The notes beneath the pieces were generated by a model. It was given only the letters and a program-made list of their open reading frames with translations. It had not been told where the DNA came from and ran no database searches. Positions 26,043 through 34,635 of a DNA stretch of 43,928 nucleotides are shown one piece after another. The stretch spans positions 1 to 43,928 of the forward strand of contig CAYJQD010000003.1 in assembly GCA_964372235.1 (NCBI GenBank), written 5' to 3'. The position numbers and the translations under genes were made by a program. Numbering within the stretch: position 1 is the first letter of the stretch; each line of letters opens with the position of its first letter. The stretch is from an uncultured Methanosarcinales archaeon (lineage in GTDB: Archaea; Nanobdellota; Nanobdellia; Woesearchaeales; GW2011-AR9).

Positions 26043-26729
26043 TCACTTCAATCTAAACGGCATTTTCTTCAGAGTAGCATTGGTATTTTTCAATCGTTGT
26101 TGGATAAGCTGCTGCAATCTTTTTCGAGATCGCAGAGAAGAACGATTATACTTGCGGATCAGGGCATATAATTCTTTATACTTCTGCACCGTTATATTCA
26201 TCATCTTCCCATGGATGTCCAAGAATTGTATTGGAGCTTTACGGAAGGTAAGCCAGATCCCGCCGAGGACAAAAAGCAATAAAAGAGGGAGTTCAACTAT
26301 TTCCGGCACGGTAAGCATTGATTCTAATTGTAAGGCTAGCGGGTAAAGAGTAAAGTAAAAAACGATGCTTAACACCATCCAAAAGAGTGAATGTAACAAA
26401 TCAATATGCCCACCTACCTGAAAACGTGAAGAAGAATAATCCCATAACTTTATCTTTAGAATTTTTTCTGAAAAAATACCGCCAACATATTCTACCAAAA
26501 TCAGAGCAAAAGATCCTAATAGTATCTGTAAAATAAGTGGTAAATGATTTACATTTTTGAAAAGATATAATAAAATCACTCCGCCAAATCCGTAGATTGG
26601 ACAAATCGGACCCTTAAAGTATCCTGCATTGACCAACTTTTTCTCATCAATACTTCTATACCCAGAATCAATAATCCAGCCTAAGAAAGAGAAGGCAACA
26701 AATTCTAAGATTAACAGAGCTGCAGACAT
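26043..26729 (-). CDS. polytopic membrane protein (possibly the PF06541-like 'ABC-transporter type IV' family)
   Basis: About 6 hydrophobic segments. The N-terminal FSFLGWIIDSGY resembles the F-x-GW-x-x-E motif of that family. The ATG at 26729 lies 1 nt after the upstream stop; the track start at 26744 is TTG. Confidence 0.4.
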   Translation of the reverse strand: MSAALLILEFVAFSFLGWIIDSGYRSIDEKKLVNAGYFKGPICPIYGFGGVILLYLFKNVNHLPLILQILLGSFALILVEYVGGIFSEKILKIKLWDYSSSRFQVGGHIDLLHSLFWMVLSIVFYFTLYPLALQLESMLTVPEIVELPLLLLFVLGGIWLTFRKAPIQFLDIHGKMMNITVQKYKELYALIRKYNRSSLRSRKRLQQLIQQRLKNTNATLKKMPFRLK

Positions 26730-26730
26730 T

Positions 26731-27909
26731 TTATTTTTGTACAATGATAGCTGCTTCTGATTTTAGTATTGGAAGAGGTTGATAACCAAATATAGCTTGT
26801 ATCTCCGCTTGGGAAAGAACACGATTATACAATTGTACTTCGTCAACGTAACCATCCCAAGATTTAGCATCTACTCCGGGATTAGGTCCAACTTTGCTGC
26901 TCGTTCCCAGATAAATAATATTCTGGAATCCTTCCGCTTCAGGAGTAAGATATTCTTCAGCAGCGATAGGAAGTTCTATTCCGTTTACGTATACTTTCAT
27001 TTGTTTGGTGGAAAGATCAAGAGTAAATGCTACATGTCTCCAGGCATTGATTTCAACCATTGGAAATGTACCTGCTATCTGCTGCGTGGGCAGCAGCCCT
27101 GCTAAAATTTTTTTATGAGTATTTCCATCATCATATTCAAAGATGATGTTATTGATTCCACCTATCGATGAAGGAGAAACAGATAAACGCCAAGAGAGAG
27201 GACCGTTCTGGGAAGTTAGCTCGGAGCTAGAATATTGAGGAAATTGGTCAGGCTTGACCCAAGCTGCAAAAGTCATCTTCGAAAGAAAATTGGGAAAAAA
27301 GATCTGTACATAATCATCTTGGCCATCGAAAAGAAAAGATTTTCCAATTTTTCCCGGAGCATTTACCGCGCCATTGAATAATACGCCATCGTTGTTATTT
27401 ACCAAATCATTTGCAGTAGTGCTAACAACATCATCTCCGTCCCACCATCCTACTAAGCCGTTATACACGGGAGTGTATTTTGCGAGGGCCGCCAGACATT
27501 TTCCTTCTAAGCAACCTACCTCACAAGTACTGGTCTTCTGCGTATATTTATTACCGTCACAAGAATATTCTTCTAGCCGATTTTCGGAACAACTATTGGC
27601 AAGAGTTCTTGATTTTATTCCACCATAAGAATATCGTAAATCGACACCGGTTGGGTTGGAAGAACAGCTTATCCAAGTCAAGGATTGTATTTGTTGCCGT
27701 GTTGCTCGAATCTTGTTTGAACTTTCGCCCGTAAATCGGTAAGCCAAAGCTTTGCCAGCTAAGGCAGCATTATCTTCTGCCATCACCGCATCAAACTCTT
27801 CATCGGATAAATTTTCTAATTGTGAAAATAATATTTCATCGGAAACTTTTGGCGCACAGCTTACTGTTAAGAGGATAATCAATACCAGAGCAACATTTTT
27901 AACCATCAT
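26731..27909 (-). CDS. secreted lipoprotein with LamG/concanavalin-A-like lectin domain
   Basis: Lipobox LTVSC. LamG_3 pattern LVGWWDGDD...GKSFLFDGQDDYVQI...MTFAAWVKPD...WRHVAFT...KVYVNGIE...WDGYVDEVQLYNRVLSQAEIQ. Confidence 0.75.
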   Translation of the reverse strand: MMVKNVALVLIILLTVSCAPKVSDEILFSQLENLSDEEFDAVMAEDNAALAGKALAYRFTGESSNKIRATRQQIQSLTWISCSSNPTGVDLRYSYGGIKSRTLANSCSENRLEEYSCDGNKYTQKTSTCEVGCLEGKCLAALAKYTPVYNGLVGWWDGDDVVSTTANDLVNNNDGVLFNGAVNAPGKIGKSFLFDGQDDYVQIFFPNFLSKMTFAAWVKPDQFPQYSSSELTSQNGPLSWRLSVSPSSIGGINNIIFEYDDGNTHKKILAGLLPTQQIAGTFPMVEINAWRHVAFTLDLSTKQMKVYVNGIELPIAAEEYLTPEAEGFQNIIYLGTSSKVGPNPGVDAKSWDGYVDEVQLYNRVLSQAEIQAIFGYQPLPILKSEAAIIVQK

Positions 27910-27950
27910 ATCACGGAAAGAAGTAAATAATATATCTATAAAAATGTATC

Positions 27951-29468
27951 TTATCCTTTTACGTTCCCGATCGGTTTCAAGGCCACCACTGGACGAGTAA
28001 TACCTGCTTTATCCAGAGTATCAACAACAACGTCAATATCTTTGTATGCCGCGCCGGCTTCTTCCGCCAAGCCAGCCATAGTCACAGCATGAACGTAAAT
28101 ACCTTTCTTCTCCATATCCTTCTGCAATTTATCGCCGCGGATCTCTCGTTTGGCTTTAGCTCTGCTCATCGTTCTTCCTGCGCCATGCGCAGTAGAAGCA
28201 AAAGTTTCATCTGCACCATCGGTTCCAAGCAAAAGATACGATCCGGTTTCCATACTGCCACCAAGAATAACCGGCTGCCCAATCTTCGCATATTTTTTTG
28301 GTAGCTCTGAAGCTCGAGAAGGACCAAAAGCGCGAGTAGCTCCCTTTCTGTGCACGAGTAATTCTCGTTCTTTTCCATTCACTTTGTGCTTTTCTAATTT
28401 AGCGATGTTATGAGCAACATCATACACTAAGTTCATCTCCATCTCTTCTGCCGTCTTTCCGAAGACCTGGCTGAATACCTTTCTGATTTGATGAGTGATA
28501 ACTTGCCGATTCGCGAAAGCCATATTAGCGGCGCAAGCCATAGCTTTGTAGTAATCTTGTCCCTCCGGAGAATTAAACGGTGCACAAGCTAATTCCTTGT
28601 CCAGAATCTCAATGCCATACTTAGGCATGACTTCTAAAAATAATTTCAAGTAATCCGAACCAATCTGGTGTCCGAAACCGCGGCTGCCACAGTGTACCAT
28701 GATAACTATCTGCCCGGGCTTGGTGATGCCCATTACCTTTGCAGCATTATGGTCGTAAATATTTTCTTTCTTAACTTCCTGGATCTCAAGATAATGATTT
28801 CCTGAACCTAAGGTACCAAGCTGGTCAAAACCTCGCTTAGTGGCTTTGTCAGATACTTTACTAGGATCAGCCTGAGGTATTTTACCATGGCTTTCGATAT
28901 GATCTATATCTGAAGGCCAGGCGTAGCCTTTCTTTAAACACCATTGGGCACCATCTTTCATGACTTCCTTGAATTCTTCCTTGCTGACTTTGACAAAACC
29001 CTTGCAACCGACTCCGGCAGGGACTGCTTTGTAGAGTTCATCAACTAGCTGTTTGATGCGAGGTTTTACTTCATTGACAGTAAGGTTGGTGGTGATTAAT
29101 CTCATACCACAGTTGATATCGAAGCCGATACCGCCTGGAGAGATGACCCCGCCTTCCTTCGGATCAAACGCAGCAACTCCGCCAATTGGGAATCCGTAGC
29201 CCCACTTGTCTCTTTCTAACCCTTAGTTAGCAAAGATATGACCATCGGGCATGCAATATGCATATTTTTGGATTCCCGGCAGATTTGCCACGTTTGAAAT
29301 CTGGTTGTACACTCCCGCATCCATAGCATCAATAAGTTCTTTTGTGCCAATAATCCTGGCCGGAACACGCATTCCTTTTTTGAAGGAAGCAGGTAATTCC
29401 CAGGTAGTGTCATTTACCTTTTTTAATTCCGGTGGAGGACCAATCGGCTGACCTTCTTGCTCTTCCAT
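27951..29468 (-). CDS. rtcB: RNA-splicing ligase RtcB, single reading frame interrupted by a 33-nt insertion carrying an in-frame TAA
   Basis: ORF 29223..29468 (..AYCMPDGH) and ORF 27951..29105 are in the same frame. The stretch between them translates as WGYGFPIGGVAAFDPKEGGVISPGGIGFDINCG. Removing 29205..29237 restores the family motif PD-x-H-W-GYGFPIGG. Confidence 0.8.
29205..29237 (-). other. 33-nt in-frame hairpin insertion with a TAA stop in its loop
   Basis: The RNA reads AUCUUUGCUAACUAAGGGUUAGAAAGAGACAAG. Stems UCUUU/AAAGA and CUAAC/GUUAG are separated by one bulged G. The loop is UAAGG, and its first three nucleotides are the stop codon (29223..29225). Confidence 0.85.
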
Positions 29469-29501
29469 GGATAATTCAAGTTGGATTAGAGTTGTGCTTT
29501 T

Positions 29502-30131
29502 TTAAAGCTTTTCCTTGTTAACAGTGATTTGGGTAGAAGCCATTGGTAAGTACGAAGCAAGTGCTTCTTCCAATTTTTGCTTTTTCTTGGGATGAAGAAA
29601 ACCAACTTCTTGTTGGTAGTTTAAGATATTTTCTTTTCCGCAAATAGTCAACCGCCAAATAGTCCTATTTTTCTTCTTAGCCAGCTGCGAAGGGATACCT
29701 AACTTAAGGAGCTCTTCCTTAACCTGAAGAATTCCGCGTTCATTACAACATTCTAAACCGATTAATCGGCTTTTTCTGGGTTGATTTTCAACCCATCCTT
29801 CACAATCAAAAAAAGCTCGTAACCAGGATTTTACTTGTTCTTTTGATAATTCTGGCATTTTCCATTCGTAAGAATAGTAGGAGAAATCTTTGGTTAAAAT
29901 ATAGTAAATCTCTTTATTTTGAAGTATGCTTCTGCCTTCGATGATACGGGGTTCGAGACCAAATACAGCTTTAAACTTTTGCTGAAAATCCTTCAACAAA
30001 ATATCATTTGTATTTCTAAAACCAATGTAGTAATATTTGTGCTTTTGATGTTCAGGATTCTTAATGACATAACCATCACCACAGAGATAACCATGAATTG
30101 CAGCAAGATTTTCCTCAAATTTCATTTTCAT
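29502..30131 (-). CDS. free-standing LAGLIDADG homing endonuclease (two-motif type)
   Basis: LAAIHGYLCGDGYV and LRAFFDCEGWV are two LAGLIDADG motifs about 95 aa apart. The likely ATG is at 30131 (MKMKFEEN). The gene ends 33 nt upstream of the rtcB ATG. Confidence 0.7.
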   Translation of the reverse strand: MKMKFEENLAAIHGYLCGDGYVIKNPEHQKHKYYYIGFRNTNDILLKDFQQKFKAVFGLEPRIIEGRSILQNKEIYYILTKDFSYYSYEWKMPELSKEQVKSWLRAFFDCEGWVENQPRKSRLIGLECCNERGILQVKEELLKLGIPSQLAKKKNRTIWRLTICGKENILNYQQEVGFLHPKKKQKLEEALASYLPMASTQITVNKEKL

Positions 30132-30325
30132 CCATCGCTTTGTGAAACTACATAAATGATTTTCTTTTCTAAGACAATTATAATTCAGTAGTTGAAGCTG
30201 GAAAGAATGAAAATGAAGAGAAAATCTTAGTGGATTATAGTTTACGATAAACGCGGAGCAACCAATAAGAGTCAAGGATTATAAAGATCATCCAAAGAAT
30301 GGCCCAAAATCCGTAGGTTTTACTT

Positions 30326-30883
30326 CTAATCTGATTTCAAATAGCTTCTAACCAGTTCTACTGCTTCTTCAACTGTACCGTTATTAGTAATAAAAATGTA
30401 AGGTATTCCTGATTTTTGCGCTTGTTCGTCCCAACCTTTGCTTTCTTTCAGCCGTCGTTCTATATTGTCCTGCATTTCTCCTCGCCGTTCCATGCGGGCA
30501 CGTAAAATATGTTCTTCTGGACTGCAGATGTAGAACGATTTGATATTATCCTCACTAACATGGTTGCGGAGCTCTTTCACCGCATGTGGAACTAGGATCA
30601 TGACGGAAGATAATGGAGATTTTAGCGCGGCATCGATCGATTCATAGGTGGTCCCATACCTGTTACCAGCAAACGAAACACCCCAAAGGAATGCATCCCA
30701 GCATTTTAACCAATCAAAATGAAGGTCAGTCACATAGTCGTATTCCCCAGGCAAGTCTGAAAGTCGGGAATTTCGCGTGGTTACGCTAGGTATCAAAGCG
30801 TACTGAGGATCTTGCAACAGCTCTTTGACCAGGGTAGTCTTCCCTACCCCTGAAAACCCGGTAAAAGTCACAATTTTTCCCAT
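30326..30883 (-). CDS. guanylate kinase-like P-loop kinase
   Basis: GFSGVGKTTL P-loop and SVTTRNSRLSDLPGEYDYV (the TTRxxRxxExxGxxYxF pattern of Gmk). Confidence 0.55.
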   Translation of the reverse strand: MGKIVTFTGFSGVGKTTLVKELLQDPQYALIPSVTTRNSRLSDLPGEYDYVTDLHFDWLKCWDAFLWGVSFAGNRYGTTYESIDAALKSPLSSVMILVPHAVKELRNHVSEDNIKSFYICSPEEHILRARMERRGEMQDNIERRLKESKGWDEQAQKSGIPYIFITNNGTVEEAVELVRSYLKSD

Positions 30884-30989
30884 AAAGAAGCCAAAAAAAG
30901 TTTGATTTTAAATGGATTTAGTAAGAGAACAATATAAATTGGATACTACACCACAATCCTTTTAAATTCCTATATTCTACTCACATTAC

Positions 30990-31424
30990 ATGGCTAAAAA
31001 AGCAGCAAAAAAGGCAGTAAAAAGAAAAGTTCCCTCTAAAAAAGAAGAGGAAAATGACGATGAAGAATTAGAAGTATATCCGGCTGAAGAACAAGGTATT
31101 TTGCCTGATGAAACTTCAGAAGAGCACGAGCTAGCCATGGATCTCGGAGATGAGGATGAGGATATCTATACCGAAGAAGGTCGCAAGAAACTAGAAGAAG
31201 ATGATGAGATTGAACCCTGGGAAGAAGGAGTTATGGAAGGAGCAGCTGGTTTAGGACAGCTGGGGAAAGACGCGCTTACCGGGAAGCCTTTGATGGATGC
31301 TGACGAAGTGATTGAGATGGAACTTGATGGAAAGTTGTACCGCTTTGTTTCTACCAAGAATGCTGAGAAATTCCGCGAGAAGTGGATGAAGCAGAAAAGT
31401 AAAGGGAAAGGAAAGAAGGATTAG
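30990..31424 (+). CDS. acidic hypothetical protein with Lys-rich ends
   Basis: 144-aa ORF with a Lys-rich N-terminus, a Glu/Asp-rich middle and a conserved-looking C-terminal DGKLYRFVSTKNAEKF. Confidence 0.45.
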   Translation: MAKKAAKKAVKRKVPSKKEEENDDEELEVYPAEEQGILPDETSEEHELAMDLGDEDEDIYTEEGRKKLEEDDEIEPWEEGVMEGAAGLGQLGKDALTGKPLMDADEVIEMELDGKLYRFVSTKNAEKFREKWMKQKSKGKGKKD

Positions 31425-31427
31425 ACC

Positions 31428-31982
31428 TTAACGTTTTATATAATGATTTGAGAATGCGTTTGCATATTCGTCCCATTTGTTTCCAGTATCTAAGAAATGT
31501 ATAAAATTAGGATTAGAGATTATGGTAATCTCTCCAAGTGATAATCCATTCTGCCATTTCCATCCTGCGTAACTTAATTTGTAGGTTCTTTCTTTTAATG
31601 TTGTAGGCACTTCGTTATCAAGTTCTACTTTCGATACTTTTTCTTGATACTTATCTATGGCAAACTCTAAACAAATGTTGCCCCGAATAACTCCCACTTT
31701 TTCTGCATCTTTAAAGGTCGTAATCTGGAAGTGATTTTTTGATAAGAACTGAGTGATGTAACCTTCAGGAGTCTGCCGTGGTTCTTTATGCCATCTTTTT
31801 CTAAACAACAAAAAGTCTAGCAGAGATTTTTCTGTTTCCGGATAATTTCCCTGCTGAGTATTTTTAACATACCAATCTGTGTTAAAAAAACCAAGTTCAG
31901 GTGTCGTTCTCAGACCAATAATCTCGTCACGCATAGCTTCGGCACGTTCAATAGGGTCAAAGGGATTATAATCCATGCTCAT
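31428..31982 (-). CDS. hypothetical protein
   Basis: 184-aa ORF with a clean ATG. No motif recognised. Confidence 0.45.
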   Translation of the reverse strand: MSMDYNPFDPIERAEAMRDEIIGLRTTPELGFFNTDWYVKNTQQGNYPETEKSLLDFLLFRKRWHKEPRQTPEGYITQFLSKNHFQITTFKDAEKVGVIRGNICLEFAIDKYQEKVSKVELDNEVPTTLKERTYKLSYAGWKWQNGLSLGEITIISNPNFIHFLDTGNKWDEYANAFSNHYIKR

Positions 31983-32032
31983 TTATTTCTTTATCACTAT
32001 ATAAAATTTAAGAAAGAAAAACTAAAATCTCT

Positions 32033-33202
32033 TCAAAACACTTTCTTTCTACTTTTCTCTGCTCTCAATTTCCGCTTCAAGGCATTCTTAGCGTTATCGA
32101 AGGTCTTGTGTAAAGCAGTCTCAATGCGCCAGTCGTATTCGGTAACCGTAATGCTTTGTCCGGGGGCATCTACACGCAGAGAGATGGAATACTTTCGCTC
32201 ACGGCCGCTTTTAGTATGATCCTTGATGTGCACCACCATGGAGAAATCATCCTGAATTTCCCGCTGTAGCTTGAAGGCTTCGTTGGATGCGATCTTCTGC
32301 ACTGCTTCTTTCTGATGAGCTAACAAACCGACGTCATTCAAGCCCACAAAACGGATGTTGAAATTTTCAGGAATATTCAGGCTTCCTACTAAACGCAGTA
32401 CGTTCTTCAAAGTAAGCAATCCTTCAAACTTTTCTCCGTCCATGACGATGGCGCTGGAAATGTTAGCCTTTCCCATTGCGCCAATTACGTCTGATAAACG
32501 AGCTTTTCGAGAGACGGTAAGCATATTCTGATTGGTGCTGAACGATTTGATGGGCAGCATGGCTAAATTAGGCTTGTCAGATTCTGACCCTTTAGAGCCA
32601 CCGCTTACTTTCTCAAACTTGGTGGACGTCTCTCTGGTAGGAGCCCAGGCCAAATATTTCTGCAGCAAGTCGCGGAAGCTGACGATGCCATACAATTTTT
32701 TCCCTTCAAAAATAGGAACTTGATCGACACGAGCTTTATGCATCACTTCCGTAGCTTTGCTGACGGGATCATCTTTTTCGATCTTCTCACCTTTCACTAA
32801 TTTAACGTCAGCAACAGTGAATGATTTTGTTTCTGGAAGATCTGCCGCTAACTTCGCTAAATCCAAGGCAGAAAGAACACCGACAATTTTTTTGTTGCTT
32901 TCTACCGGCACAAAATCGCTATCGGCCTTAAATAAAGCATAAGCAGTTTCAATCACATCAGCATGCTCATTCACAAGAGGAGTGCGGTGCACAAAATTAT
33001 GTATTTTCGCTTTAGTGACATCTAAACGAGATCGTAGTAACCCTTTTTTTTCTATGACGCCAAGATATTTGTCTTTCTTAAAAATTAAGCCATGACGCTC
33101 ATCATATTTATGTAATTGACCGATCATTTCTGACACAGCTTGTTCGGAATCAAACGAGAGAAATTCAGATTTTATTGCTGGAGTTATTTCCATGTCATCC
33201 AC
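32033..33202 (-). CDS. four-CBS-domain protein fused to a C-terminal HPF/RaiA (S30AE)-like domain
   Basis: Four CBS-like units in aa 1-275. aa 281-380 (32063..32362), NIRFVGLN..AVQKIASNEAFKLQREIQDDFSMVVHIK..KYSISLRVDAPGQSITVTEYDWRIETALHKTFDNAKNALKRKL, follows the beta-alpha-beta-beta-beta-alpha pattern and the D-x-Y/W-x-A-[IL]-D/H..F/L..L..KL ending of hibernation-factor proteins. Confidence 0.55.
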   Translation of the reverse strand: MDDMEITPAIKSEFLSFDSEQAVSEMIGQLHKYDERHGLIFKKDKYLGVIEKKGLLRSRLDVTKAKIHNFVHRTPLVNEHADVIETAYALFKADSDFVPVESNKKIVGVLSALDLAKLAADLPETKSFTVADVKLVKGEKIEKDDPVSKATEVMHKARVDQVPIFEGKKLYGIVSFRDLLQKYLAWAPTRETSTKFEKVSGGSKGSESDKPNLAMLPIKSFSTNQNMLTVSRKARLSDVIGAMGKANISSAIVMDGEKFEGLLTLKNVLRLVGSLNIPENFNIRFVGLNDVGLLAHQKEAVQKIASNEAFKLQREIQDDFSMVVHIKDHTKSGRERKYSISLRVDAPGQSITVTEYDWRIETALHKTFDNAKNALKRKLRAEKSRKKVF

Positions 33203-33262
33203 CTCTGAAAGAATTAGAACTCTTTAATATTTAAATCTGCCTATCTCTTATTATTGAACTAA

Positions 33263-33309
33263 TTTTCACTTAAAGAAAATTCTATACTTGGGATTTTCTA
33301 AAGTGAAAA
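33263..33309. repeat. composite inverted repeat in the promoter region of the CBS-HPF gene
   Basis: TTTTCACTT (33263..33271) pairs with AAGTGAAAA (33301..33309). Inner arms are AGAAAAT and ATTTTCT. A third direct copy of TTTTCACTT lies at 33343..33351. Confidence 0.8.
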
Positions 33310-33345
33310 GTAGCGAAATCTTTAGCCATAAGATTTCTGCTCTTT

Positions 33346-34065
33346 TCACTTCACACTATATCCAATTTCCTGCTTCCCGCCGGCGTAGGATTGGAAGATG
33401 ATCCATTCGATTTGGAAGGTCGCTCCTATATTTTCGTAGGTAAAATTTTGTTGTTCTACAATAGGGTCGCTCTTGATGCCATTTACTTTGAGGGTAACCT
33501 GATTCGGCTCTAAGAAGTGAATGCTGACATTGGTTTGAACTCCATTGATCTGAATCTGTTGTTGCTCGCCTACTTTAAGATTATAGATGGTTTTTTCTTC
33601 TTCTGCTTCTTCATCTTCCTGATTTTCTGCTATAGCCGAATACTTAGGCTCTGGAGCCGGCGCTTCAGAAACATTTTCAAAAATATTGGCTGGTTTTTCC
33701 TGGCATTGCCCTTCCCAGCATCCCCATTCACAATCTTTTTTGCTGATAAAAGAGCAGTCTTCTTTTTGGTATCCTCTGCGAAAATCATCTATACATTTGA
33801 AACCTGTAGTGCAAATTTCCGCAGGTCGGCAGGTGCCATTGACACAACCTCGTTCACATTTTTCCGGTCTCCCAAAAGTGCAGTTCTCAGCCTGAAAACG
33901 CATATAATTCTCATCTACACATTCAGAATGAGGTGTACATTTGAGGGAGATAACGCTGGCCTCGTCCTCTGGAGCTGGTTCTAGAGAGGTAGGACTTTGG
34001 CAAGAAACCAGAAATAAAGCTAATATCAAGACCACGATGACCTCTTTTTGAGCTACTTTACTCAT
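33346..34065 (-). CDS. secreted lipoprotein with duplicated Cys-rich modules
   Basis: Lipobox LVSC. Two repeats end in CERGCVNGTC and CEWGCWEGQC, followed by an acidic linker and a beta-rich C-terminus. Confidence 0.55.
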   Translation of the reverse strand: MSKVAQKEVIVVLILALFLVSCQSPTSLEPAPEDEASVISLKCTPHSECVDENYMRFQAENCTFGRPEKCERGCVNGTCRPAEICTTGFKCIDDFRRGYQKEDCSFISKKDCEWGCWEGQCQEKPANIFENVSEAPAPEPKYSAIAENQEDEEAEEEKTIYNLKVGEQQQIQINGVQTNVSIHFLEPNQVTLKVNGIKSDPIVEQQNFTYENIGATFQIEWIIFQSYAGGKQEIGYSVK

Positions 34066-34166
34066 AATTTTACGTCTAAATCCATTTTACTATATAAAAT
34101 TGTTTTACTCACTAGTTAGTGATTAATTTAGTAAAATTTATAAAGAAATCCTTCAAAAAGAGCGTA

Positions 34167-34634
34167 ATGGCAAAAGAAACGGCAGATAGAATTATTGACG
34201 AAGCCATGGAATGCGTGCATGAAGGAGACTATGAAAGAGCATTACAAGTCTTTTATTTATGCCAAGATTATAACAACCCTCGCTTCTTGCATGGGAAAGC
34301 GACTGCGTTACTGTTGGGTGCTGAAAAACTCGATCTGAGAATTATTGAAGAAGTAGCAGGATTATACGAACAAGCTAAAAGTCTAGATTCTAACTGGATC
34401 GAACCGTACTTAATGCTTGGCTTGACATACTCTAAAAAAGCCGATTTAGAGATAGCACAACTGGAACAAACTTCCTCAATAGAATCCAATTTACCTATCA
34501 TCAACACCTTGCATCTAGCAGAAGTAAATTTACGCAAAGCTTTGGAGTTAAATCCACATTTTGATTTTCGAGTAAAGATGGATCTGGAGTACGTCCAGGA
34601 TCGAAAAGAATTTTTCCAAGGAGAGCTGCATTGA
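34167..34634 (+). CDS. TPR-like helical repeat protein
   Basis: Ala/Leu/Tyr spacing typical of TPR (ALQVFYLCQDYNN.., AGLYEQAKSLDSNW.., AEVNLRKALELNPHF). The ATG at 34167 is preceded by TATA-like TTTATAAAG about 25-30 nt upstream; the track start at 34119 is GTG. Confidence 0.5.
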   Translation: MAKETADRIIDEAMECVHEGDYERALQVFYLCQDYNNPRFLHGKATALLLGAEKLDLRIIEEVAGLYEQAKSLDSNWIEPYLMLGLTYSKKADLEIAQLEQTSSIESNLPIINTLHLAEVNLRKALELNPHFDFRVKMDLEYVQDRKEFFQGELH

Positions 34635-34635
34635 G

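Noticed and set aside
29205-29237. Canonical bulge-helix-bulge intron, or T4 gene-60-style ribosome hop, as the explanation for the rtcB insertion
   Set aside because: I could not draw two 3-nt bulges separated by a 4-bp helix at boundaries that would restore H-W. No matching take-off and landing codons flank the hairpin. These remain only as hypotheses in the finding.
29502-30275. LAGLIDADG ORF as an intein of RtcB
   Set aside because: It lies upstream of the rtcB start codon and is separated from it by a stop and 33 nt. It lacks N-terminal Cys/Ser and C-terminal HN splicing blocks. The first 48 codons of the track ORF (TTG start) look non-coding.
30990-31424. YHS/TRASH-type metal-binding domain in the acidic protein
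   Set aside because: The C-terminal DGKLYRFVSTKNAEKF resembles the YHS shape but contains none of the Cys ligands.
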